A stretch of DNA of 64,000 nucleotides from Myxococcota bacterium (GTDB lineage: Bacteria > Myxococcota_A > UBA9160 > UBA6930), in contig OZ245002.1 of NCBI GenBank assembly GCA_965223415.1, forward strand, positions 2,752,001-2,816,000. The letters are read 5' to 3'. The position numbers were made by a program, and so were the translations under genes. Below are positions 19,643 to 27,541 of the stretch, piece after piece (the stretch's first letter is position 1; every line of letters starts with the position of its first letter). Below the pieces are notes generated by a model that had not been told where the DNA came from, did no database searches, and saw only the letters and a list, made by a program, of their open reading frames with translations.

Positions 19643-21301
19643 CTTCCCGTCCAAGAACTCGTAAGTCACTGAGAAGAAAAGGAATTGGCGCAAACGCGCC
19701 TCCCGATCGAGTTGCGATTGGTGTATGTTAGGTGGTGCCAACCTACCGAACATACACAGCAATTCGCCAACCGGGGGGTGAAGCGATGCGCCAATTCCGA
19801 GAAACTCAGCTCTCACTCACGCCCACATGGGGTCCGCATCAACATACCCGAGAGCTGCAGATGATCGCCAGGATCCTCGGGGCGGATCCGCGCTTGGGTG
19901 CTGTTGTGCACGGAGATCTGATCGGGGAACGTCGCGCCGATACCGGCCGTCGGGGCCTCAGCGGCGATCAGGTCCTTCGAATCGCCCTACTCAAGCAGAT
20001 CCACGGGCTGAGCTACCGGGAGTTGGAGTTTCACCTCCAGGACTCGGCCGCCTTCCGCAGCTTCGTAGGACTCGGGCTTGGTGACTGGCCCCGCTTCCAG
20101 ACCCTTCAGGACAACGTCAAACGGATCCGGCCCGAGACGTGGGAAGCCATCCACCGTGCGTTGATCGGCCTGGCTCGCCGGGAAGGAATCGAACGAGGCG
20201 AGACGATTCGGGCGGATACGACGGTCGTCGAGGCGAACATCCACGAGCCCGCCGACTCGGCCCTGCTCTGGGACAGCGTTCGGGTGATGACGCGGATTTT
20301 GCGAAGGATGGCGAAGCAACGCCCTTCGCTGCGCAAGATGTTCCCGGATCGTCGTCGTTGCGTGAAGCGACGCGCCTACGCGATCAAGTTCCACCGGCGG
20401 TCGATCAACCTGGTCGCGAGCTATCGGTGCATGATCCGGGCCACGGAAGAGGTCTGCCAAGCGGCCCGTAGCGTCGCGGAGAGGGTCGCCCGAGTCGAAG
20501 ACACGACGCCGCTTCGCGAAGAGCTCCTCGCGGTGCTTCCCCTCGTCGAGCGCGTCATCGATCAGAGCCGTCGCCGTGTCCTCGAAGGCGAGCGCGTCCC
20601 TGCAGCCGAGAAGATCGTGTCGATCTTCGAGCCGCACTCGGACATCCTCGTGAAGGACAATCGAGGCACCTACTACGGTCACAAGGTCTGTCTGACTGGC
20701 GGCAGGTCGTCACTCGTCCTCGACTGTGTCATCGAGGAAGGAAACCCTACGGACTCGACGCTGGTCGAACGTACGCTCGAGCGCCATGCAGATCTCTTCG
20801 GCAAGGCACCCCGCCAAGTGGCGATGGACGGAGGCTTCGCGTCCATGGACAACGTTGCCAAGGCCAAGGCGCTCGGCGTGGAAGACATGGCCTTCAACAA
20901 GAAGAGCGGACTCGAGGTCCACGAGATGGTGCGCAGCGCCTGGGTCTTCCGGCGCCTTCGTGACTTCCGCTCGGGGATCGAGGGCGTGATCTCGACGCTC
21001 AAGCGAGCGTTCCAGATGGACCGATGCACCTGGCGGGGCCTGGCGTCCTTCAAGGCCTATGTCTGGGCCAGTGTGACGAGCTTCAACCTCGTCGCCTTGG
21101 CCCGCCACCTGCTGACTCGCGAGTTCGCCTGAACCCCTGAGAGTGGTTCGGTCGGTGGACACGTGCGCCCGCGCATCGGAACACGGTCGCTCACTCACCC
21201 CGACGGCTCCGGGACTGCTGTGACATCGCTACTCTCAACGCCCGCGAAGACCGCCAACGATCCACTAAGAGGCCGACGAACGGCTCTTCTCGGACGGGAA
21301 G
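19643..21301 (+). mobile_element. ISNCY-type (ISDol1-like) insertion sequence
   Basis: Terminal IRs CTTCCCGTCCAAGAA / TTCTCGGACGGGAAG (14/15); flanking 6-bp direct repeat TAGTTA (19637-19642, 21302-21307). Confidence 0.9.
19786..21132 (+). CDS. ISNCY family DDE transposase
   Basis: ADTTVVEANIHEPADSALLWD, KIVSIFEPH, AMDGGFAS, FRSGIEGVIS. Confidence 0.9.
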   Translation: MRQFRETQLSLTPTWGPHQHTRELQMIARILGADPRLGAVVHGDLIGERRADTGRRGLSGDQVLRIALLKQIHGLSYRELEFHLQDSAAFRSFVGLGLGDWPRFQTLQDNVKRIRPETWEAIHRALIGLARREGIERGETIRADTTVVEANIHEPADSALLWDSVRVMTRILRRMAKQRPSLRKMFPDRRRCVKRRAYAIKFHRRSINLVASYRCMIRATEEVCQAARSVAERVARVEDTTPLREELLAVLPLVERVIDQSRRRVLEGERVPAAEKIVSIFEPHSDILVKDNRGTYYGHKVCLTGGRSSLVLDCVIEEGNPTDSTLVERTLERHADLFGKAPRQVAMDGGFASMDNVAKAKALGVEDMAFNKKSGLEVHEMVRSAWVFRRLRDFRSGIEGVISTLKRAFQMDRCTWRGLASFKAYVWASVTSFNLVALARHLLTREFA

Positions 21302-21318
21302 TAGTTAGGCGTCGCGAC

Positions 21319-21672
21319 ATGGAAACTAAGCCCAGGCGGTCTCTGGCGTCGCAGCTTCGCTCATCTGTCGAGCGGCTCGCGGCGCGTGGCGTCGAGCAAG
21401 TCGCCTGGGTCGAGCGCCAGGGCGTCCACGCTGATGAGCTGGCTCTAGACTTCTCGGACGCAGTGCTCCCCGCGGTAGTCAATCTCTCCAACGAGTTCAC
21501 GCCGGAGTTGCTCCTGCGACTAGAGCTCCTCGACGATCAGCTCTCGTCAATGTCGGGCACAGCCAAGGCTAGATTATGGACCAGCGCTTCAATCCTCAAC
21601 GACCCAGCCTGGGGGCGGGTGCGCACCCTGGCACAAGTTGCGCTCGATGCGCCCGGCTGGCCGCCGCTGTAG
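21319..21672 (+). CDS. Gene cassette 1: hypothetical protein (117 aa)
   Basis: ATG 8 nt after GTTAGGC; stop just before attC1; lower GC than flanking core genes. Confidence 0.75.
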   Translation: METKPRRSLASQLRSSVERLAARGVEQVAWVERQGVHADELALDFSDAVLPAVVNLSNEFTPELLLRLELLDDQLSSMSGTAKARLWTSASILNDPAWGRVRTLAQVALDAPGWPPL

Positions 21673-21682
21673 TGTGCGCGGC

Positions 21683-21811
21683 GCCTAACAAGCGGCTGCA
21701 GCTGACGGCTCCAAGCACCCTTCAAACGGCCATGGTAGCCTGGGGTTGTTCCTTGGCCGGTTCAGCGGGCGTCGGGGCCGTCGCCGCAGCTGAGCCGCCG
21801 GTCCGTTAGGC
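21683..21811 (+). other. attC recombination site 1 (intact, 129 bp)
   Basis: R'' GCCTAAC and R' GTTAGGC; arms GCGGCTGCAGCTGAC / GCAGCTGAGCCGC pair with extrahelical bases. Confidence 0.93.
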
Positions 21812-21818
21812 GGCTGGA

Positions 21819-22298
21819 ATGCGACCGCTCGGCAGACTTCTGGCGCTTGTTCTCCTCTCTGCCTGCAGCGAGTCGCCGGCCGAGAAGGTGCTTTCGCGAG
21901 TGGAAGAGAGCGGCCCGCAAGCAGTGATCGCTCAGCTCTTTCAGTCGGACACCGAGTGGACGGAGCTGAGTCGAAACATCGAGTCTGGCGACGACGCGTG
22001 GCTTCGCGTTGCGGCAAGCTTGCGCCCGGGTAGCGATGCGGGTTCAGCACTCAGTCTGATCTACTCGGTCGCACGTGCGATCCCGGCAAATCCCCACGGA
22101 GTTCTCTCGCTCGCGAAGGAAGGCCACTTCTCGATCGAGCTGATCTGCACGTCTCCGTTCATTGAGCCGGAGCCGGGAATCGCCGAGAGGTTCGCGGAGA
22201 AGGCATCGGAAGCCCTCTCGACCGTGCAGGACCCCCACCTCCTTCAGGTACGCGACGAATGCGTCACAAGAGTTCAACTGCCCCAGCCAGCCGCCTAA
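21819..22298 (+). CDS. Gene cassette 2: putative lipoprotein (159 aa)
   Basis: LSAC lipobox; TAA stop lies inside R'' of attC2; cassette ends GTTAGGCGGCTGG / CCAGCCGCCTAAC are perfectly complementary. Confidence 0.82.
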   Translation: MRPLGRLLALVLLSACSESPAEKVLSRVEESGPQAVIAQLFQSDTEWTELSRNIESGDDAWLRVAASLRPGSDAGSALSLIYSVARAIPANPHGVLSLAKEGHFSIELICTSPFIEPEPGIAERFAEKASEALSTVQDPHLLQVRDECVTRVQLPQPAA

Positions 22299-22317
22299 CC
22301 AGCGGCTGCAGCTGACC
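22293..22317 (+). other. attC site 2, left part (interrupted)
   Basis: GCCTAACCAGCGGCTGCAGCTGAC, 23/24 identical to the start of attC1. Confidence 0.9.
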
Positions 22318-22339
22318 CGTTTAGGGAGTGTCAACTCCA

Positions 22340-22560
22340 ATGATCGCGAAGCACGTGTGGGTCTTGGTGGTGTCCTCCAACGGAATCGGCTTGCGTCCCT
22401 GCGGGTTCGGGTTCAGTCCAAACGCGTTGTCGGCCTCGTGGGCTCAATGAGGGGTTCGGGGCGACGGTGGTGAATCGGGGCCAAGGGCTCATGGGCCGCA
22501 GTCAGCTGCCCGCCTACCGTCTTCGTTGGAACACAAGCGAGAAGGGGTCCTGGGGGAGCG
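22340..22560 (-). ncRNA. Candidate seekRNA/bridge RNA region of the IS1111-type element
   Basis: Non-coding region 3' of the transposase; 22501-22509 is the exact reverse complement of the attC flank GCAGCTGAC; boundaries approximate. Confidence 0.55.
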
Positions 22561-23299
22561 GGGCTACGCCATGCCAAGGCACCTCCGGAGATCGAAGGCC
22601 TCGCCGCGGGTGAGCGTGACCCAGACGCTGACGAGGAGTCTGCGAGCCAAGGCCATGCGGACCTTGTTCTTGTGGACGCGGGTCCGCATCGTCTTCGCCC
22701 AGGCACGAACCAACGGGTCGTCCTTCATCAGGCGAACCGCCCATTGGCTGACGATCCAGCGGAGCTCGGCCTGGCCTTGGCGGGTCATGCGGCCGTGGTG
22801 GGCGTGGTCGGCTGACTGGTTCACCTTGGGGGTGAAGCCGGCGAAGGCCGAGACCGCACGGGGGCCTCGGAATCGGTGCGGGTCGCCGATCTCGGCGAGC
22901 AGCGTGGCAGCCGATTGCGTCCCGATGCTCGGGAGCTCCTGCTCGAGGGCCTGGACGTCGGGATCCTCTCGCCCGATCCGTCGGATCTCCCGATCGAGAG
23001 CCAGCACCTGGCCCTGCAGGCTATCGAGCACCTGGAGCAGGGCCTTGAAGGCGGTCTGCATCTCCAGGGTCGGCAGGGTGACGGTGCGGAGCTTCTCCCG
23101 GCTCGGCTTGGTATAGAGCGCGCTCGTGGGAGCGGGAATCCGGTAGGCGTTCAGGAAGCCCCGGTGTCGAGGGACGTCATCTCTTGCGCGCTAAGAGGAC
23201 GGCTAGTTTTGCGCACCCCCCTGGGTTGATGTTCGGTTCTTCCTTCTTCTCTTCCGCTCTCCGAAGGAGAGCACGGCCGTCAGGCCGCCCTCTGGGGCC

Positions 23300-24100
23300 T
23301 CAACGCTGGGCGCTTTGCCCCGCGGCCTGCTCGAGCTCGCGGAGCCGGTAGCTCCGCCCCGAGATGTTGAGCACCTGGCTGTGGTGGAGGAGGCGATCGA
23401 GGATGGCGGTGGCCAGCACCTCGTCGCCCGCCAGCACCTCGGGCCAGTCGGCGATGCCCTTGTTCGTGGTGATCAGGATCGAGCCCCTCCCATAGCGGTA
23501 GGAGACGAGCCGGAAGAAGAGGCTCGCCTCCTGGCGCGTCATGGGCTCGAAGCCGACCTCGTCGATGACGAGGAGCGCCACGTTCATGTGCTTGCGCCGC
23601 CGCAGCCGTTGCGGGCTGATCTCGGCGTCGCGCTTGAGGGCCGCCAGCAGGTCCTCGAGGCGATGGAAGGCCACGGAGAAGCCGTTCTCCACGGCCCGCA
23701 CCCCCAGGGCCACCGCCAGGTGGGTCTTGCCCACTCCCGGCGGACCCTGGATCAGCAGACTCTCCTTGGCCCGGATCCACGCGCAGGTGCCCAGCGTCTC
23801 GATCCGGCTCCGCTCCACACTCGGCTGGAAGGCGAAGTCGAAGTTGCCGAGGGTCTGCCCCGTGGGAAGGCCCGAGAGACGGAGCGAGGTCTTCATCCTC
23901 CGCTCCTCGCGGTGCTGCAGCTCGGCCTCGAGCAGCAGGTCGAGGAAGCGGTGGGGCACGAGGTCGTCCTTGGTCGCTCGGGCCAGCTCCTCGCCGATGT
24001 GCTCGGCCGCGTGATGGAGGCCGAGGCGCACGAGCCGCTCGCGGGTCGGGTCGAGATCCACCTTGCCGCCCTTCTTGGGCACCGGGTTTCCCGCCGTCAT
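23300..24100 (-). CDS. istB: IS21 helper ATPase IstB
   Basis: GPPGVGKT Walker A, LLVIDEVG, ITTN, AILDRLLH, SYR; ATGA overlap with istA. Confidence 0.96.
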   Translation of the reverse strand: MTAGNPVPKKGGKVDLDPTRERLVRLGLHHAAEHIGEELARATKDDLVPHRFLDLLLEAELQHREERRMKTSLRLSGLPTGQTLGNFDFAFQPSVERSRIETLGTCAWIRAKESLLIQGPPGVGKTHLAVALGVRAVENGFSVAFHRLEDLLAALKRDAEISPQRLRRRKHMNVALLVIDEVGFEPMTRQEASLFFRLVSYRYGRGSILITTNKGIADWPEVLAGDEVLATAILDRLLHHSQVLNISGRSYRLRELEQAAGQSAQR

Positions 24101-25383
24101 CGCGCCACCTCCGCCAGATCGGCATAGAGGTCGATCGGCCGCTGCTCCGGCTCCATCGCCCACAGCTCCTGGAGGCGTCGACCCATGCGCCCGAGCGGTA
24201 CGGGCGCCTCCACCCCCTCCGTGCTCGGCCCCTCGTAGTGGCTCGGGTCCAGCAGCAGGCGGCTTCGCGTGTGGCGCGGGTGCGCGGCCACCACCGAGCC
24301 CTCGGCCCAGACCTGCACCTGCCGGGCGCAGCCGCGCACCTCGACGCTCTGCTCGACGAAGCGGAAGGGGACGCTGTAGGTACGCCCCTCGAAGCGCACC
24401 GTGGCGTCGCGCCCGACACGTCGCATCACGGCCAGGTCGAAGGGCTCGGGAAGCCGCTCGGGCAGGGCCCCGAGATGGGGCTTCTCCGCCTCCCACGCCT
24501 GGAAGACCGTCGTGCCCGTCGCCGGGCACTGCCGCCGGTGGCTCGAGCGCGCCACCTGGCCGTCCGTCCACGCTTGCAGCGACTCCAGGCTCTCGTGCTC
24601 CCGCCGACGCGGATCGAAGCCCCGCCGGTGCCCCAGGATCCGACGCTCCACCTTCCCCTTCTCCTGCGGCTGGCGGGGACGGGTGGCGTCCACGTGGAAG
24701 CGAAGGGCCCCGGCATAGCTCGCGTAAGCCGGGTTCACCGTCCCCCATGGCCCCGCCCCCTTCGCCACCGCTGTCTTCACGTTGTCGACCCGCAGCACCG
24801 CCGGCACCCCGCCCAGCCGCTCGAAGGCCCGGTTGTGCACGTCCAGCCACGCCAGCGTGTCCGCCCGCTCCGACCACACCACCGCTTCTCGCCGCGAGTG
24901 CGAGAGCACCAGGTGGAAGGCATGCAGGTCCACCTCCTGGCCCCCGATCCGCACGCCCGGAAACTCGCCCCAGTCCACCTGACCCTGCGCCCCGGGCGGT
25001 GTCTCCACCCGACGCCGGCTCCGCACCTTCGGTCTCGGGAACCGGGCCCGCACGTACCGCTGCACGCTCTTGGAGCTCCCCGTGTACCCGTGCTCCTCCA
25101 CCAGGAACTCGTGAAGCTCCTGCAGGTTCACGCCACGGCCTCCCGAGCTCGCCTCCAGCCACTCCGCGATCACCTCGTGGACCGCCTCGGCCAGGAAGGG
25201 CTTCCCGCTCCGGCCGTCTCGCGCCCCCTCCGCCAGCCGCTTCAGCCGGTAGCGCACCGCGCTCTCCCGGATCCCCAGCTGGCGGGCGATCTCCCGGTTC
25301 GAGCACCCCCGCTCGTGCAGCACTTCGATCGTCATCACTTCCTCCTGCCTCAGTCGCCGCTGCCCCACGCCCCCCTCCCTCAC
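24097..25383 (-). CDS. istA: IS21 transposase IstA
   Basis: HTH, ETPPGAQGQVDWG, VDNVKTAV, KGKVER, YSVP; start may be ~25334. Confidence 0.95.
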   Translation of the reverse strand: MREGGVGQRRLRQEEVMTIEVLHERGCSNREIARQLGIRESAVRYRLKRLAEGARDGRSGKPFLAEAVHEVIAEWLEASSGGRGVNLQELHEFLVEEHGYTGSSKSVQRYVRARFPRPKVRSRRRVETPPGAQGQVDWGEFPGVRIGGQEVDLHAFHLVLSHSRREAVVWSERADTLAWLDVHNRAFERLGGVPAVLRVDNVKTAVAKGAGPWGTVNPAYASYAGALRFHVDATRPRQPQEKGKVERRILGHRRGFDPRRREHESLESLQAWTDGQVARSSHRRQCPATGTTVFQAWEAEKPHLGALPERLPEPFDLAVMRRVGRDATVRFEGRTYSVPFRFVEQSVEVRGCARQVQVWAEGSVVAAHPRHTRSRLLLDPSHYEGPSTEGVEAPVPLGRMGRRLQELWAMEPEQRPIDLYADLAEVAR

Positions 25384-26001
25384 GGGGAACGTGCCGCGCA
25401 GCGGCTCAACAGGAGGTGCGCAAATCTACGTGTCCTCTTAGCCCTCGAATATCACGTCCTGCGACACCCCGGAGCTGGTTCACGGCCTGTTGGCGCATCT
25501 GGACGAGGCGGTGGCGGACCCGAAGGAGCTTCCTCCTCCCGTACTCCTCGTCGCTCGGGTAGTAGGTCGTTGCCACCCGATCCAGATCACCGAGCCAGAG
25601 CCGGCGTGCAATCTCGGCTGCATCTCGCCGGTCCGTCTTCTTGCCGAGCTTCTTCAGGTCGAGCTTGCGCGGATCACAGACCAGAACGTCGAGCTGCGCC
25701 TCTCGGCAGGCGTTGACGAACCACCGGTTGAGGCCCAACGCCTCGACGGCTACGCGGCAATGGGGTCCGAAGAACTTCAGCCGCTCCACGACCCCGAGGC
25801 CCTGTTCAAGGCTCTCGGAGCGGATCCTCTCCTCGGCGATCTTCTCACCCCGCGCATCCAGCACGCAGATCTGGATCACGGTGCGATGCAAGTCGATCCC
25901 AGCGAAGTACTCTGTCGTCATGGTCAGTCTCCTTGGGGAGTGTTTGTTGGAACACAGCCAAGGTGGCTGTTCTCCAAGGAGCTGACCTCCCTATACCCTC
26001 C

Positions 26002-26103
26002 GGGCCCCGCTCGTCCCAATCGAGGCATGATACCCTGGGGTTCCACTCAGGTGGCTCGGCGAGCCTCGGGGCCGGCCCGGCAGCTGAGCCGCCAGTCCGT
26101 TAG
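26002..26103 (+). other. attC site 2, right part
   Basis: Ends GCAGCTGAGCCGCCAGTCCGTTAG, near-identical to the attC1 3' arm; continues as GCGGC at 27344 once the IS110 is removed. Confidence 0.9.
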
Positions 26104-26118
26104 ATACTCCCTTCGTCG

Positions 26119-27114
26119 TCAACCCTTCGTGGCGAAGAATTTCTCGCCAAGGAAGTCCTGGTCGTGGCGGAGCATGCCGTAGATGGCGTGGAGCAGCTTC
26201 CGCATGACGGCGACGAGTGCTTGCATCTTGGTTTTGCCCTTGGAGAGCAGCTTCTCGTAGAAGGCCTTCACGTTCGGTTCCCAGCGTGCAGCGACCATCG
26301 CAGGAAGAAAGAGTGCGCGGCGAAGGTGGGCGTTGCCGGTCTTGCTGATGCGAGCTGGCTTGTGCACAGAGGTGCCCGATTGAAACTGTCGGGGGTCGAG
26401 GCCCGCATGCGCGACCCATTGCCGGGTCGTCATGTCCTTGGGCAAGGTGCCTAGCTCGGCGAGCAACTGGATGCCGGCTGCGTCGGCGATACCCTTGATC
26501 GATGTGATGTGGCCGAAGTCTCTGGCGAGCTCGGGGCTCTGCTCGATCACCTTCAACGCTTGCTTGCGCAGCCGATCGATTCGCCCCTCCAGGAGCTCGA
26601 TCAGTTCGCGGATGTCTTGCTTCACGAACTCACTGAGCTCCTCGCTCTGGTCGTTGGCATGGAGCCGGTTCTTCTCCTGCGTCACGGTCTTGCTCAGAGC
26701 CTCCACGCGGCGGGAGAGGGCCCGTACCTCCAGAATTCGGGGGTCCGGCGGAGTCCAGGCGGAAAACTCCATGCGCATTCCGAACTCGAGAATCGTTTCC
26801 GCATCGAGCGCATCCGTCTTGGAGCGTTGAAGCGATGCCTTGGCGAACGCGGCAATGGCCCGCGGGTTCGCCACCATCACCTGGGACGCCTTCGCACGGT
26901 GAAGCGCGAACGCGAGGTCGAGGCCGTACACCCCGGTCGATTCCAGGACGACGCGCGCCGTCGCATTCCCCTTCGTGGCCCACCGAATCAGCCTCTGGTG
27001 GCCCTTGGGATCGTTCGCAAAGACCAGCCCGCCCTCGCGAGTTCCGTTCCGGTCGATGGCGACGACGAGCTCCTTCGCCCCGACGTCCACGCCCACGTAA
27101 TGACACTTCTTCAA
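26119..27114 (-). CDS. IS110 family bridge recombinase (intact, 331 aa)
   Basis: GVDVG, LESTGVY, NP, KTDALDA (DEDD) and AGLDP..QSGTS serine motif; TTG start after GGAGGA RBS. Confidence 0.95.
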   Translation of the reverse strand: MKKCHYVGVDVGAKELVVAIDRNGTREGGLVFANDPKGHQRLIRWATKGNATARVVLESTGVYGLDLAFALHRAKASQVMVANPRAIAAFAKASLQRSKTDALDAETILEFGMRMEFSAWTPPDPRILEVRALSRRVEALSKTVTQEKNRLHANDQSEELSEFVKQDIRELIELLEGRIDRLRKQALKVIEQSPELARDFGHITSIKGIADAAGIQLLAELGTLPKDMTTRQWVAHAGLDPRQFQSGTSVHKPARISKTGNAHLRRALFLPAMVAARWEPNVKAFYEKLLSKGKTKMQALVAVMRKLLHAIYGMLRHDQDFLGEKFFATKG

Positions 27115-27159
27115 GGTCTCTCCTCCCCGTGATAAGCTGGGACCCGGGTCTCCCGACCC

Positions 27160-27336
27160 TGCACATTCACCTACGGACCTTGTAGACGCAGGCTCTCGGG
27201 CCTCGGATACTCCACGGCATGGGTGACGAGGGCGGGAGGCCCATCTAACGGACAAGCTCTCTGGCTTCAGGCAGCGACGGCCTTTCCCGGGAACCCATCT
27301 CGGAGTCTCACTCAGGCCCGAAGAGCCTGCTCAGAG
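27160..27336 (-). ncRNA. Predicted bridge RNA of the IS110 element
   Basis: 5' hairpin plus two internal-loop stems; guides LTG 27276-27269, RTG 27253-27245, LDG 27213-27206, RDG 27184-27179 match target and donor; ends approximate. Confidence 0.85.
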
Positions 27337-27343
27337 GTACAAG

Positions 27344-27461
27344 GCGGCGCCCTGCGAACGGCGAGACTCGACCACTTGATCGCGCTTGTCTGTCTTGTCG
27401 CAGTCAGCTTTGGCTGCGTGAACCCAAGCTCCTCATCACGAATTCGCATCTTCGTGAGCGA
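27344..27461 (+). pseudogene. Gene cassette 3 remnant (signal-peptide-like ORF start) truncated by IS21 B
   Basis: Follows the reconstructed GTTAGGC; frame LIALVCLVAVSFGC resembles a lipoprotein signal; no attC follows. Confidence 0.5.
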
Positions 27462-27541
27462 CCCTCGGTGGACGTCTGAAAACCGGCCAAAGGTGGACGT
27501 CTCAAAGGCGGCCAAAGGGCCGCGCCCAGGACAGAGGGGTT

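Larger units (their letters stand above)
23165..25466 (-). mobile_element. IS21 family element A
   Basis: TG...CA ends with ~50-bp imperfect IRs (shared GCTAAGAGGAC, TTTGCGCACC); 6-bp DR CCCCGG at 23159-23164 and 25467-25472. Confidence 0.95.
22564..25921 (-). pseudogene. IS110-family (IS1111-type) transposase split by IS21
   Basis: N-half 25921-25467 (GIDLH, VEA, KTDRRDA DEDD motifs); C-half 23164-22564 (AEIGD..RF, NQSA); frame VNQLRGFLNAY is restored on removing IS21 and one CCCCGG. Confidence 0.92.
22318..26001 (-). mobile_element. IS1111-type (IS110 family) element inserted in attC2, carrying a nested IS21
   Basis: Sub-terminal IRs 22322-22338 and 25978-25993, set 4 and 6 nt in from a repeated CC; removal restores the attC2 arm GCTGACCGGGCCCCG; long non-coding region downstream of the transposase. 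Confidence 0.88.
26104..27343 (-). mobile_element. IS110-group (IS621-like) element inserted in the R' core of attC2
   Basis: No terminal IRs; core AG (CT on element strand) at both junctions (26102-26103, 27342-27343); removal gives GTCCGTTAGGCGGC, identical to attC1; long left end, very short right end. Confidence 0.92.

Noticed and set aside
23300..25306. 668-aa IstA-IstB fusion ORF
   Set aside because: The upstream part is an off-frame overlap of istA; istB has its own ATG at 24100 and no slippery site was evident
27243..27253. ATCTAAC as the R'' box of another attC
   Set aside because: No matching L boxes or R' downstream; better explained as the right-target guide plus handshake bases of the bridge RNA
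27462..27525. Short tandem repeats resembling a mini CRISPR
   Set aside because: They are the sub-terminal repeats of IS21 B; no unique spacers and no cas genes in the window
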